Below, one piece after another: positions 39,177 through 50,238 of a stretch of 64,000 bases of DNA. The DNA is from Candidatus Eiseniibacteriota bacterium. GTDB taxonomy: Bacteria; Eisenbacteria; RBG-16-71-46. Position 1 is the first letter of the stretch. Each line of letters begins with the position of its first letter. A program made the translations under genes and the position numbers. The stretch is taken from contig CAVSAC010000009.1 of NCBI GenBank assembly GCA_963725865.1, forward strand, positions 32,001 to 96,000, in the 5' to 3' direction. The notes beneath the pieces were generated by a model. That model searched no databases. It saw only the letters and a program-made list of their open reading frames with translations, and was not told the DNA's origin.

Positions 39177-40545
39177 GCGCGAGTGCCTCCTTCAGGTCGT
39201 GGATGATGTCGGCCGGGTCCTCGATGCCGAGCGACATGCGCACGCCCCCCGGCTCGATGCCCGCGAGCCGCTGCTCCCTGGGCGGCACCGCGGCGTGGGT
39301 CATCGACGCCGGGTGCTCGACCAGCGTGCGCACCTGGCCCAGGCTCACCGCCAGCGTGATGGCGAGTGAGTGCGCGGCGAGGTGATCCATCATGCGCGCG
39401 CCGCGGCGGCGCGCCTGGGCCGGCGTGCCCTTGAGCACGAACGACACCAGGATGCCGGGCGCGAAGCGACCGTCCGGGCTGCGCATCTGGCGTCTCGCCA
39501 GCGCGTACTGGGGGTGCGAGGGCAGACCCGGGTAGCGCACGTACGACACCTTGGGGTGCCGCTCCAGGAAGCGCGCGACCTCGAGCGCGATCTCCTGCTG
39601 GCGCCGACTACGCAGGCTCAGCGAGGGCAGGCCGTACACCAGCGCCGGCCACGCGCAGCGCGGCGAGAGCGGGCCGCCGAAGTCCTTGCGATAGAGCAGC
39701 AGGTCGCTCTCGAGCAGGCGCGGGCCGATCACCGCGCCGCCCATGTCGGTGCCGAAGCCGCCGAGGTTCTTGGTCAGGCTGTGCACCACCAGGTCGATGC
39801 CGTGTTCGAGCGGGCGCTGGCTGAACGGCGACGCGAAGGTGTTGTCGACGACGGTGTAGATGCGGCGATGCCGCCGCCCGCCGAGGCGCCGCGCGCGCGC
39901 CGCGTTGGCGCGCCGCACCGCGGCGGCGGTCGCGCGCAGGTCGATCAGGTCGAGCGTGGGATTGCACGGGGTCTCGAAGTACACCGCCATCACGTCGTCC
40001 CGGGCGATCGCCCGGGCGAACGCCTCGGGATCGTTGAAGTCCACGAAGTCGACGTGGATGCCGTAGCGCGGATACCAGTTGGCGAACAGCGAGTAGGTGC
40101 AGCCGTAGAGCGTGGGGTGCGCGACCACGCGGTCGCCGGTGCGCAGCAGCACGCCGAGCGACGCCGCGACCGCGGCCATGCCGGTGGCGAAGCACAGGCA
40201 GCGCTCGCCGCCCTCCAGCATCGCCAGATTCTCCTCGAGCTGGCCGCGCGTCGGCTCGTCGAGACGGTCGTAGATGTAGATGGGCGCGTGCCGCGCGCGG
40301 TCCAGGTCGGGGTTGGCGAACTCCATGAAGCCCGCCGCGCCACGCTTCACGCTCTCGAGCCGGTAGGCGGCCGATGCCGACTGCGGCGGCACGATGTGAT
40401 CGGAGTAGTTCCAGTGCTCGGTGTGGAAGCGCCCGTGCACCTGGACGGTGTCGGGGCGATAGCGCTCCTCGATCCGGGTCGCCTGCCGCCCGTACGGATG
40501 GGCAGCCGGGCGCCGGGGAGCGCGGCGCGTGCGGCGCGGAGCCAT
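39169..40545 (-). CDS. Cys/Met metabolism PLP enzyme (methionine gamma-lyase / cystathionine lyase family)
   Basis: [45 protein letters not shown]. Confidence 0.92.
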
Positions 40546-40580
40546 GCTCGACCTCCTCGCGATGCGGCGGGTGGGTGGCG

Positions 40581-41576
40581 TCAACGCACGCGCGCGGAGC
40601 GCGGGCGCAGACGCACGACGTCGTCGATCTTGGCGGGGTCGTCGGGGAACATCCCGACGCGCGCCAGGCGCGGCACCAGGTCCGCCCAGCGCGGCTCGGC
40701 CGCGAACACGCCGCGGAACGTCTCGCGCGCCTCGGCCTCGTGCCCGGTGGTGTACATCGAGACCGCGGCCCAGAAGCGTAGCTCCACGACGTCGGGGGCG
40801 AGCCGCGCCGCCTCGGCGTAGGCGGCGAGCGCGGAATCGGGCTGGTTCGCGGCGATGAAGTTGTCGCCCGCGTCCTCGCGCAGGTAGGCGCGGCGCAGCG
40901 TCACCAGCCGGCGCAGCTCCTTGAGCGGCTACGGGTGATCCTCGACGCGCAGGTCGTAGAGCCGGTCCTCCCACGGCTTGCCGCTGCCGTGCGCGCGCAC
41001 GATCAGCAGCGCCGCCGACTGGCGCCCGCGGATGTCGCCGCCCGCGGCCTCGGCCGCGTCGAGAGCGGCCAGCAGGCGCTCGGCGAGGTCGCCGCGCGCG
41101 CCTCGTAGGCGCGCGCTCATCGCCGGCCACACTCGCGGGTTCGCCATCAGGTTCGCCTGCACCGAGTACTGCGCGCCCGGTGACGTTCCCGGCGTCGGGG
41201 ATGCAGAGCCGGCCGGTGTGCGCGGCGACATCGCCGCGCGCGTCCACCATCGCCACCTGGCGGACCGCGGGATTGCGGATCGGCGCGCAGCAGCGAGTCG
41301 AGCGCCTGCGCGCGCGCTGAAGCCGCCGCGCATCAGCGCCAGACCGTCGGGGCCGTAGTCGACCCGCACCAGCGACTGCGTCGCCACCGCGCCCACGCCG
41401 GCCTCGGCCCACGGCACCACGGTGCCGACCGAGAAGTAGTGCGACTGCACCGCCACGCCGATCTCGCCGGTGACGGAGTCACGGGCGACGATGGAGTAGG
41501 TGTGCGCGAGCGGCTGCGGCGGAGCGCCCGGTGGGACCAGCGCGAGGGCGAGGAGTGCGGAGGAAAGCGAGGTCAT
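40581..41576 (-). CDS. DUF1028 (Ntn-hydrolase-like) protein with C-terminal TPR; in-frame TAG at 40929-40931 and local indels
   Basis: HTYSIVARD...GVAVQS...GAVATQ, GGDIRGRQSAAL, DLRVEDHP*PLKELRRL. Confidence 0.85.
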
Positions 41577-41820
41577 CGCGCGCATCATAGCGCCGCGTCG
41601 GGCCCGAGGCGAGCCACGCCCCGGCGCCGGGCCCGTGGCCGTGGCCGCCGCCCCCGCCAGGGTCACGCCCGTGGCGCGTGCCGCGGCCCGGCGGGCCGAT
41701 GCTCCGCGTCTGACGCCCGGACCGCGAGCGCGCGGTGGAGCACGGACGGCCCCGGCCCACGCCACGGGAACCGCCCGCGCGGCGCGGGCCACGCGGGCGG
41801 TGGTGCTGCGGAGCGCGGGG

Positions 41821-42633
41821 TCAGGCGGTGGCGCGCACGCAGGTGCCGGTCTGCAGGTCGAGCACGTAGGTCCACAGGCCGTTGACGGTGACCCGCGCGT
41901 AGCGCGTGCCGTCGAAGGTCACGGTCACGTCGGCGACCAGGTGGGCGGCGACGTCGCTGCGGCTGCCGCTGCGCAGCCGGTCGGCCTTCACCCGCCACGC
42001 CGCGCTGCCCGAGATCGGCCACGGGTGGTCGGCCACCGGCTTGAGCCAGCGCACGTCCATCAGCGCGCCCGCGCTCTCCATGTAGAAGTGGCAGGTGCGC
42101 AGCGAGTCCATCGAGACGAACGCGCTCTGGCAGGTGTCGTTGGCCACACCGCTGAAGCGCAGCGTGTCCTGGAGCGACGAGATGCCGCGCGCGTCGAGCG
42201 ACGACGAGAACCCGCGCGTGGCGCTGAAGCGCGGGCCGCTGAAGGAGCCCGCGGCGGTGCTCATCGTCAGCATGCGCGTGGTCAGCACCGGGTCGAACTG
42301 CGCCATCTCGCCGCCACCGGCGTCGTAGAACGCGCGCACGATGTGCCAGGTCATGCCGCCGGCGACGAACGTGGTGTCGTTCGAGACCGCGCTGGCGCGC
42401 GCCAGGTCGACGGGCGCCGGACGGGTCGCCGTCGGCACGGTGGAGCTGCCGAGCGTGCCCATCATGCCGCCGTTGTCGGCGCCCATCGCGGCGCCGACCT
42501 GCAGCGCCACGTCGTCGGCATCGGCCTGGCTGAGCGCGGTGGGCGCGGTGAGGCCGGCGGTGCCGCAGCCGGCCGCGAGCGGGGCGAGGGCGAGCAGCGC
42601 GGCGAGCGCGAGGCGGGGAAGACGCGGGTGCAT
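41821..42633 (-). CDS. Hypothetical lipoprotein
   Basis: Lipobox LAAGC after a hydrophobic signal; GGAGG RBS; beta-rich body. Confidence 0.8.
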   Translation of the reverse strand: MHPRLPRLALAALLALAPLAAGCGTAGLTAPTALSQADADDVALQVGAAMGADNGGMMGTLGSSTVPTATRPAPVDLARASAVSNDTTFVAGGMTWHIVRAFYDAGGGEMAQFDPVLTTRMLTMSTAAGSFSGPRFSATRGFSSSLDARGISSLQDTLRFSGVANDTCQSAFVSMDSLRTCHFYMESAGALMDVRWLKPVADHPWPISGSAAWRVKADRLRSGSRSDVAAHLVADVTVTFDGTRYARVTVNGLWTYVLDLQTGTCVRATA

Positions 42634-42689
42634 CGGGACCTCCGGAGCAGGACGGCGGTGGAGCGGTGTCACAGGGCCGTCGGAGGACC

Positions 42690-42704
42690 GCAAGCGATGT
42701 GCCA
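42690..42704 (-). promoter_or_regulatory. sigma54 (-24/-12) promoter of the lipoprotein gene
   Basis: Consensus TGGCAC-ATCGC-TTGC about 57 nt upstream of the ATG. Confidence 0.75.
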
Positions 42705-42797
42705 CGCGTCGCGGCCAAGGGCCTCGCGGCGATGAGGCCTCACGCGCCGCGCGGAACGTGCATCCTGCACGGCGCGGCGCGCGTCGTGCGGCGGGCG

Positions 42798-45020
42798 TCA
42801 CGCGGCGCGGCGCGCGGCGAGCAGGTCGCTCACGCGCGCCTCGAGCGCGCCCATCTCGAATGGCTTGCCGATGAACTCCACGCTCGCCTCGAGCACGCCC
42901 TGGCACACCGCCTGGTCGTCGGTGTAGCCCGACATGAACAGCACCTTCATCTCGGGTCGCCTCGGGCCCAGCTGCTCGGCCAGCTCGCGCCCGTTCAGGC
43001 CCGGCATCCTCACGTCGGTGATCATGAGCGCGATCGGCCCCGCGTGCCGCGCCGCCACCTCGAGCGCCTGGTGGGCGTCGCAGCAGGCCAGCACCTGGTA
43101 GCCGAAGGTCTCGAGCGCCTGGTGCATCATCTCGCGCACCGCGGCGTCGTCCTCGACCAGCAGCAGCGTGGCGCCGGCGTGCGCGCCCGGCCGCGCCCGC
43201 GCCGCGCTCGGCACCTCCGCCGGCGCCTCCGCCGCGCCCTCGCGCGGCAGCAGCACGCGGAACACCGAGCCGCGGCCCGGCGCGCTCTCGCCCTCGAGAC
43301 GTCCCCCGCACTCCGCCGCCAGGCTCTGCGCGGTCGCCAGGCTGGCACCGGGGTCGGCGTCGCCGAGCGCGGGCGCGTGATCGCCGGCGAGGCGGCGCGC
43401 GAGCGCGTCCGGATCCATCCCGGCGCCGCTGTCGCCGACCGCGAGGACGACCCAGCCGATCGGATTGGCGCCATGGGGCGCACCCTCGACGGTGAGGGTG
43501 AGGCGTCCGCCGCGCGGCAGGGCGGCGCGCCCGTTGAGCGCCAGGTTCATCACCACCTGCTCGATCCGGCCGCGATCGGCGCGTACCGCCCACGTCCCGG
43601 GCGCGACGTGCACATTCACCTGCACGTCCTCGCCGAGCAGGCGCACCAGCATGGACTGCATGTCGCCGACCAGCGCGCCCACGTCCACGACCGCGTCCCC
43701 GTGGCCGCGCGTGCGCCCGAAATCGAGCAGCTGCTGGGTGAGCGCGGTGGCGCGCCGCGCCGCCTTCCAGATCTCGTGCGCGTGGCCGCGCGCGCTGGCG
43801 CTGCCGGCGCCGTTGAGCTCGCCCAGCAGCAGCTGGGTGTAACCCACGACCGCGGTGACCAGGTTGTTGAAGTCGTGCGCCACGCCACTGGCGAGCCGCC
43901 CCACGGTCTCGAGCCGCTGCGCCTCGCGCAGGCGCGCCTCGAAGCGGCGGCGCGCGCCGCTGTCGCGCACCAGCACCAGCATCACGGGACGCCCGTCGTG
44001 GACGAGGGGGCGCGCCAGCAGGTCCACGACCAGGGTCCCGCCATCGCGACGATGATGGCGGGCCTCCTGGACGCGGTGGAGCCCGTCGGGCTCGCGCTCG
44101 CCCCAGCGCGGCCCGCGCGCCTCACCGGAGCGCGGCCACAGGTCGTCGACGCGCAGCGCCAGGAAGGCCTCGCGGCTGTAGCCGTAGAACGTGAGCGCCG
44201 CGGCGTTCACCGCCAGCACCTGCTCGGTGCTGGTCTCCGCCACCCATACCGGCTCGGGATGGCCGTCGAACAGCGCGCGGTAGCGCTGCTCGCCGGCCTG
44301 CCACTCGCGGCGCTCGGTCTCGGCCCGGTCGGCGCGCTGCGCGGCGCGGGCGACGCGCAGCGAGAGCCACAGCAGCGCGGCGAGCGCGGTGAGCGCGGCG
44401 ACCAGCGGACCGCTGAGCGCGAGCCGCTGCGCCGCGTCCACGCTCACCGACAGGGCCTGCCCGCCCTGGTCCAGCGCCTGGTGGAGCCTGATGTAGGCCG
44501 GATCGACGAAGCGCTCGTCGTGCTCGTGCGCCGCGTCGGGCTGGCCGCGCCGGTAGAGCTCCACCTCGATGTCGAGCTGCGTCACGTATTCGCGGCAGGC
44601 CCGCTCCACGCGCGCGGTCGGGATGTCGTCCGCGGTGCTGCGCAGCGACACCAGCGCGTACGACATGCGCTGGCGCGCGCGCCTCAGCGCCCGCTCCAGC
44701 TCGGGGGTGAGGGTGCGCCCGGCGGCGAGACGCCACTCCTGCGCGTTCACCTCGTGGAGGGCGGACTCGAGTCGGGCCATGTGCAGCGTGGAGGCGGTCT
44801 CGCGCTCGGCGCGCACCTGGAACCACACGAACGCGGCGGTGGCGGCGATGAGCACGAGCGCGGCCAGCAGCGTCGCGGGGCTCGCGTCATTGGCGAAGCG
44901 CACGCACGCGGCGAACGCCGAGCGGCCCCGCGTGAGCGGGGCGAGGATGGATCGCGGCCGGACCTCCGGCCCGGGACGGCCGTCGCTCACGGTGAGGATC
45001 CTCTGAAGGGTACGCGGCAC
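42798..45020 (-). CDS. Membrane PAS hybrid histidine kinase / receiver with degenerate ATP lid (start uncertain)
   Basis: Two TM helices, PAS, GVAHDFNN, REC (TDVRMPG, MSGY, KPF). Confidence 0.88.
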   Translation of the reverse strand: MPRTLQRILTVSDGRPGPEVRPRSILAPLTRGRSAFAACVRFANDASPATLLAALVLIAATAAFVWFQVRAERETASTLHMARLESALHEVNAQEWRLAAGRTLTPELERALRRARQRMSYALVSLRSTADDIPTARVERACREYVTQLDIEVELYRRGQPDAAHEHDERFVDPAYIRLHQALDQGGQALSVSVDAAQRLALSGPLVAALTALAALLWLSLRVARAAQRADRAETERREWQAGEQRYRALFDGHPEPVWVAETSTEQVLAVNAAALTFYGYSREAFLALRVDDLWPRSGEARGPRWGEREPDGLHRVQEARHHRRDGGTLVVDLLARPLVHDGRPVMLVLVRDSGARRRFEARLREAQRLETVGRLASGVAHDFNNLVTAVVGYTQLLLGELNGAGSASARGHAHEIWKAARRATALTQQLLDFGRTRGHGDAVVDVGALVGDMQSMLVRLLGEDVQVNVHVAPGTWAVRADRGRIEQVVMNLALNGRAALPRGGRLTLTVEGAPHGANPIGWVVLAVGDSGAGMDPDALARRLAGDHAPALGDADPGASLATAQSLAAECGGRLEGESAPGRGSVFRVLLPREGAAEAPAEVPSAARARPGAHAGATLLLVEDDAAVREMMHQALETFGYQVLACCDAHQALEVAARHAGPIALMITDVRMPGLNGRELAEQLGPRRPEMKVLFMSGYTDDQAVCQGVLEASVEFIGKPFEMGALEARVSDLLAARRAA

Positions 45021-45119
45021 ACCAAGGGGCCCGGGTGATACAGGTCATCGGCCGGCCGGGCCGGACCCTTGAGCCGCGGCGCCGGGTGGGACCGAGCCCG
45101 CGCGGGGCGCGGGTGCGGG

Positions 45120-46343
45120 CTACACCGCGCCCCAGCGCGCGCCGAGCACCAGTGTGCCGGCGGGGTCGAGCGCGGCGCGCACCCGCGCGCGCAGCTCGCT
45201 CACGGCCACCTGGGGCGGCAGCGCCGGGACGACCTCGCCCGCGCCCACCGCGGCGGTGAGCGTGAAGCCCGCGGCGGCGAGGGTGCCGACCAGCGCCTGG
45301 GCGCGCGCCGGCTCGGGGAAGAGGTGCAGCCGGCCGGCCGGCGCATGGAACACCGCGTGGGCCGCCTCGGCGCTGCCCACGATCGGTGCCAGGGCCGCCG
45401 GCGTGTTGTCGGCGGTGGCGAACGTGAGCCGCGCGCGCTGCGTCTCCTCGAGATCGGCCAGCGCCTGGGTGAGCGCGACCACCTCGGCGCCCTCGATCGC
45501 GCGCGCCTCGGGGCCGAGCCGTTCGCGCGCCGCGGCGGCCTGGCGCTCGACCCACACCGCCTCGTCCTCGAACGCGATCACCACCGCGAACGCGCCCGCG
45601 CCCGCGAGCTCCGGCAGGCCCGACGCGGCGGCGCGTCCGAGCACCGTCACCAGCGCGGGCTCGAGGCGCGGCGCCCACGCCCAGCGCGCGGCGTCGGCGA
45701 GGGCGGCCGCGTCGAGTGGCCACACCAGCGCGCGGCGCGCCAGCGGCGCGGGACTGAGCTTGAGGCTCGCCTCGAGCAGCACCGCGAGCCCTCCGCGCGC
45801 GCCGCACAGCAGGCGGTGCACGGCGTAGCCGGCGACGTTCTTGACCACGCGCCCGCCGGTGCGCGCCAGCGTGCCGTCGCCGAGCGCGAAGTGCGCCCCG
45901 AGGATGCGGTCGTGCGGCGCGCCGAAGCGCAGGCGGCGCGGGCCCGAGGCGTCGGCGGCGATGACGCCGCCGAGCGTGGCGCGCGCCGCCACCGCCGACT
46001 CCAGCGGCAGCTCCTGGCCCCGCGCGGCGAGCTGCGCGCGCAGCGTCGCCAGCGTGACGCCGCACTCGGCGGTGAGGGTGAAGTCCTCGGGCTCGTGCTC
46101 GACGATCCGATCGAGCGCGGTCAGCTCGAGCGCCACGTCGTAGCGAGGCGGCGCCGCCAGGCGCGGCAGGCTCACGCCGCCGCCCCACGGCACCACGCCG
46201 AGCCCGTCGCGGGTCGCGGCGCGCAGCGCCTCCGCGACCTCCTCGCGCGCGACCGGACGCAGCGCCACGCGCGGCACCACGCCGCCGATGGCGAAGCGCG
46301 CCGGATCCAACGCGCGCGCCGCGCCGAGGCCGAGCGTGCTCAT
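45120..46343 (-). CDS. glcE: Glycolate oxidase FAD-binding subunit
   Basis: [30 protein letters not shown]. Confidence 0.88.
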   Translation of the reverse strand: MSTLGLGAARALDPARFAIGGVVPRVALRPVAREEVAEALRAATRDGLGVVPWGGGVSLPRLAAPPRYDVALELTALDRIVEHEPEDFTLTAECGVTLATLRAQLAARGQELPLESAVAARATLGGVIAADASGPRRLRFGAPHDRILGAHFALGDGTLARTGGRVVKNVAGYAVHRLLCGARGGLAVLLEASLKLSPAPLARRALVWPLDAAALADAARWAWAPRLEPALVTVLGRAAASGLPELAGAGAFAVVIAFEDEAVWVERQAAAARERLGPEARAIEGAEVVALTQALADLEETQRARLTFATADNTPAALAPIVGSAEAAHAVFHAPAGRLHLFPEPARAQALVGTLAAAGFTLTAAVGAGEVVPALPPQVAVSELRARVRAALDPAGTLVLGARWGAV

Positions 46344-48604
46344 GGCGTGACCTCGAGGCGGCGCGCCAGGTCGTCGAAGCGCGGGTCGGACCTCAGCGCG
46401 TCGAGGCGCGGGTGCACGCGCAGGAACATCATCATCGGATCGCGCTCCTGGAACCCCCGCTCGAGCCACTCGAGCGCGCGGTCCACGTCGGGGATCGCGG
46501 CGTGGATGGTGGCGATGGTGTAGGGCGAGATGTAGCGCTCCCGGGCCGCGGCGAGCATGCGCTCGGCCACCGCCAGCGCGCGGTCACGCTCGCCGCGGCG
46601 CGCGTACAGGTGCCCGAGCGGTCCCGAGGCGAGCGGATCGGCGCCGGTCAGCGCGATCGCGGTGTGGAACGCCGCCTCGGCCTCGTCGAGACGGCCCAGC
46701 TCCTCGCAGACGCGCCCGAGGTCGAGGTGGGCGTTCGGGAACTCCGGGTGCAGCCCGACGATCTCGCGCAGCAGCTCGAGCGCCTCGTCGTAGCGCCGCG
46801 CGTAGTACTGCACGCTCGCCACCGTGCTCACCACCGCGGCCGAGAGCGGGTCGAGGTCGCGCGCGATGCGCGCCTCGCGCAGCCCCTCGCCGAAGCGACC
46901 GCGCGCGGTGAGACCATCGGCGAACCAGTGGTGCGCCGCCGCGTAGCCCGGGTTGAGCGCGACCGCGCGGCGGTAGAGCCGCTCGGCGGTGGGCCAGTCC
47001 CAGTCGAAGTGCTGAGAGGCGAACGCCAGCGCGGTGTGCGCCTCGGCCAGGTCGGGGTCGAGCGCCAACGCGCGCGCCGCGGCGTCGCGCGCGTGCGGGA
47101 ACGCCTGCGACGGATGGCGCAGCCGGAACACGCCGATCAGGTTCCACGCGTCGGCGATGCCGGTGTGCGCGGCGGCCATGTGCGGATCGGCAGCCACCGC
47201 GGCCCGGAACTCCTCGAGCGCGCGCTCCAGCGCCGGGCCGGTGCGGCGCTCGAGCAGGAAGCGGCCGCGCAGCTGGTGCTCGAGCGCGCGCGGGTCGATC
47301 GCGCGCGCGCGGTCGAGGCGCGCGTGGTCCTCGGGCGTGAGCCGCGCGCGCACCTCCTCGGCGATGGCGCGCGCCAGCTCGTTCTGCAGCGCCAGCACGT
47401 CGGCGACCTCGCGCTCATAGCTCTGCGCCCACAGCATGCAGTCGGAGGCCGCGTCGACCAGCTGCGCGGTGACGCGCACGCGTCCGCCCGAGCGCAGCAC
47501 CGAGCCCTCGACGATGGCGCCCACGCGCAGCGCGCGCGCGATCTCGGGCAGCGGGCGCTGCGTGCCCTTGTACTGCATCGCCGAGGTGCGCGAGATCACG
47601 CGCAGCGAGCGGATCTGCGCCAGCCGCGCGATGAGCGTGTCGGTCATGCCGTCGGCGAAGTACTCCTCGGCCGGGTCGCCGGAGAGATTGGCGAGCGGCA
47701 GCACCGCCACCGCCTCGATGCGCTCGCCGCGGTTCGCCGCGCCCGCGAGCGCGGCGTCGCGCACCTCGCGCAGCTCGGTGGCGAGCTCGAGCGCCGAGGC
47801 CGGGCGCCGCGCCGGGTCCTTCTCGAGACAGCGCAGCACCAGCGCCTCGAAGCGCGGCGACAGCTCCGGCCGCAGCGTGCGCGGCGATGGCGGCGTGGCG
47901 TTGAGGACCGAGCCCGCGAGCGCGGCGGCGGGCTGGTCGTGGAACGGCAGCCGGCCGGTGGCCATGCGGAACAGCACCACGCCGAGCGCGTAGAGGTCGG
48001 CGCGCGCGTCCACCTCGGCCGCCAGCAGCTGCTCGGGCGCCATGTAGGACAGCGTGCCCACGATCAGCGAGCCGCGGCTGATGTCGGCGGCGGGGGCGTC
48101 CGCGCCGGCCTCGTCGAGCAGCTTGGCGAGGCCGAAGTCGAGCACCTTCACCTCGCCGCGCGGCGTCAGCATGATGTTCGCGGGCTTGAGGTCGCGGTGC
48201 ACCACCTGGCGGGCGTGCGCGGCCTCGAGCGCGCCGGCGATGAGCACGCCCAGCGAGGCCGCCTCGCCCTCGGCGAGCGGCTCGCGCGCCAGCCGCGCCT
48301 CGAGCGTCTCGCCCTCGACGTGCTCGAGCACCAGCACGTCCAGGTCTCCGACGTGCTCGAACGCGTACACCGCGGCGATCGAGGGATGGCTGAGCCGCGC
48401 CAGCGCCAGCGCCTCGCGCTCGAAGCGCGCGCGCAGGTCGGGATCGGCGAGCGCCTTCTCGGGCAGCACCTTGATCGCCACCTGGCGCTGCAGGCGCTCG
48501 TCGCGCGCGCGGTAGACGCGGCCCATGCCGCCGCCGCCGATGGCCTCGAGCAGCGCGTAGTGGGCGAGCGAGTGGCCGACCAGCGGATCCGCGCTCAGAT
48601 CCAC
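46340..48604 (-). CDS. Ser/Thr protein kinase with TolB-N-like domain and TPR repeats
   Basis: [61 protein letters not shown] tail. Confidence 0.93.
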   Translation of the reverse strand: MDLSADPLVGHSLAHYALLEAIGGGGMGRVYRARDERLQRQVAIKVLPEKALADPDLRARFEREALALARLSHPSIAAVYAFEHVGDLDVLVLEHVEGETLEARLAREPLAEGEAASLGVLIAGALEAAHARQVVHRDLKPANIMLTPRGEVKVLDFGLAKLLDEAGADAPAADISRGSLIVGTLSYMAPEQLLAAEVDARADLYALGVVLFRMATGRLPFHDQPAAALAGSVLNATPPSPRTLRPELSPRFEALVLRCLEKDPARRPASALELATELREVRDAALAGAANRGERIEAVAVLPLANLSGDPAEEYFADGMTDTLIARLAQIRSLRVISRTSAMQYKGTQRPLPEIARALRVGAIVEGSVLRSGGRVRVTAQLVDAASDCMLWAQSYEREVADVLALQNELARAIAEEVRARLTPEDHARLDRARAIDPRALEHQLRGRFLLERRTGPALERALEEFRAAVAADPHMAAAHTGIADAWNLIGVFRLRHPSQAFPHARDAAARALALDPDLAEAHTALAFASQHFDWDWPTAERLYRRAVALNPGYAAAHHWFADGLTARGRFGEGLREARIARDLDPLSAAVVSTVASVQYYARRYDEALELLREIVGLHPEFPNAHLDLGRVCEELGRLDEAEAAFHTAIALTGADPLASGPLGHLYARRGERDRALAVAERMLAAARERYISPYTIATIHAAIPDVDRALEWLERGFQERDPMMMFLRVHPRLDALRSDPRFDDLARRLEVTP

Positions 48605-50066
48605 GCGCCCTCCACGTCGGGCCGCGCCGCTCGGCCGCCGACGTTGGGCGGAGGCGCCGCGTGCGCCTCGCCGCAGCCGGCGCCGCCGGGCAGCACCTTG
48701 CACGGGTTCATGCGCCCGGCGGGATCGAACGCCGCGCGCACGCGCGCCATCAGCGCCAGGTCCGCGGCGGCGAACAGCTCGAACATCAGCGGCTTCTTCT
48801 CGATCCCGATCCCGTGCTCGCCCGAGATGGTGCCGCCCATGCGGATGCACATGCGCAGGATCTCGTACGAGCCCTCGAGCGCGAGCTGCTGCTGGCGCGG
48901 GTCGTCGGAGTCGAACAGCAGGTGCGGGTGCAGGTTCCCGTCGCCGGCATGGAACACGTTGCCGGCCTCGAGCCCGCGCTCGGCCGCGATGCGGTAGACC
49001 CCGGCGAGCGCCTCGGCGAGCCGGGTGCGCGGCACCACGCCGTCCATGATGTAGAACCCGCTGCGCAGCCGGCCGTACGCGCCGAACGACGACTTGCGCC
49101 CGCGCCAGATCGCGGCGCGCTCGGCCTCGTCCCGGGCGACCCGCGTGGTGCGCGCGTGGTGCGCGCGCGCGATCGCGTCGATGCGCTCGACCTGGTCCGG
49201 CAGGCAGATCGCCGGGCCGTCGACCTCGATCAGCAGCACCGCGCCGGCGTCGAGCGGCAGCCCGAGGTGGAGCCACGCCTCGACCACGCCGATGGTGTGG
49301 CGGTCCATGATCTCCATCGCCGCGGGCACGATGCCGGCCGCGATCACCGCCGAGACCGCGCGGCACGCGTCGCCGACCTCGATGAAGTCGAACAGCATGG
49401 TGCGCGCCGCCTCGGGCCGCGGCATCAGCCGCACGCACATCTCGGTGACGACGCCGAGCGTGCCCTCGCTGCCGGTCACCAGCGCCGCCAGGTCGAAGTC
49501 GGGCGCGTCGCAGGCCTCGCCGCCGAGCGCCACCACCGTGCCGTCGTGCAGCACGACGCGTCAGGCCGAGCACGCTGTTGAGCGTGACGCCGTACTTGAG
49601 GCAGTGCGGCCCGCCCGAGTTGGCGGCGACGTTGCCGCCGATGGTGCTGACCTGCTGCGACGCCGGGTCGGGCGCGTAGTAGAGCCCGTGCGGCGCCACC
49701 TGCTGCGAGAGCTGCAGGTTCACCAGCCCGGGCTGCACCCACGCGAACATGCGCTCGTCGTCCACGCGCAGCAGGCGGTCCATGCGGTTGACCGAGAGCG
49801 ACCAGGCCGCCGCGCTGCGCGGTCGCAGCCGCCCGCGAGGCCGGTGCCCGCGCCGCGCGGCGTGACCGGCACCTCGTGCGTCGTGCGCCCAGCGCACCAC
49901 CGCGCGCGACCTCGTCGGTCGAGCGCGGCAGCACGACGACGTCGGGGCGCGAGCGCTCGAGCGCGAGCGCGTCGGCCTCGTAGGTGAACAGCGCCGCGTC
50001 GCTGGTGAGCACGCCCCCGGGCCCGAGGAGGCTCACCAGCTCGTCGAGATGCTCGTACCAGGACAT
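48595..50066 (-). CDS. glcD: Glycolate oxidase FAD-linked subunit (apparent frameshifts)
   Basis: [47 protein letters not shown]. Confidence 0.9.
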
Positions 50067-50147
50067 GCGCGGCACGGTAGCACGCCGGCCGAGACGCGCC
50101 CGAACGCGGCGCGGACGGCTGCGGACGGCGGTGCGGGGCCGCAGGGG

Positions 50148-50176
50148 TTGACGTCCCGCGCGCGCGGCGCGACATT
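50148..50176 (+). promoter_or_regulatory. sigma70-like promoter
   Basis: TTGACG-17 nt-GACATT upstream of 50239. Confidence 0.45.
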
Positions 50177-50238
50177 GCCGAGGTGCTCCGCGCCGCCACG
50201 ACGGCGGCCCCACGCGGACCCATCGAGGAGGGAGCCTC

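Noticed and set aside
46340..49900. GlcD-kinase fusion protein
   Set aside because: GlcD ends normally (EGAWI*) at 48595 in another frame; the long ORF arises from an indel near 49560.
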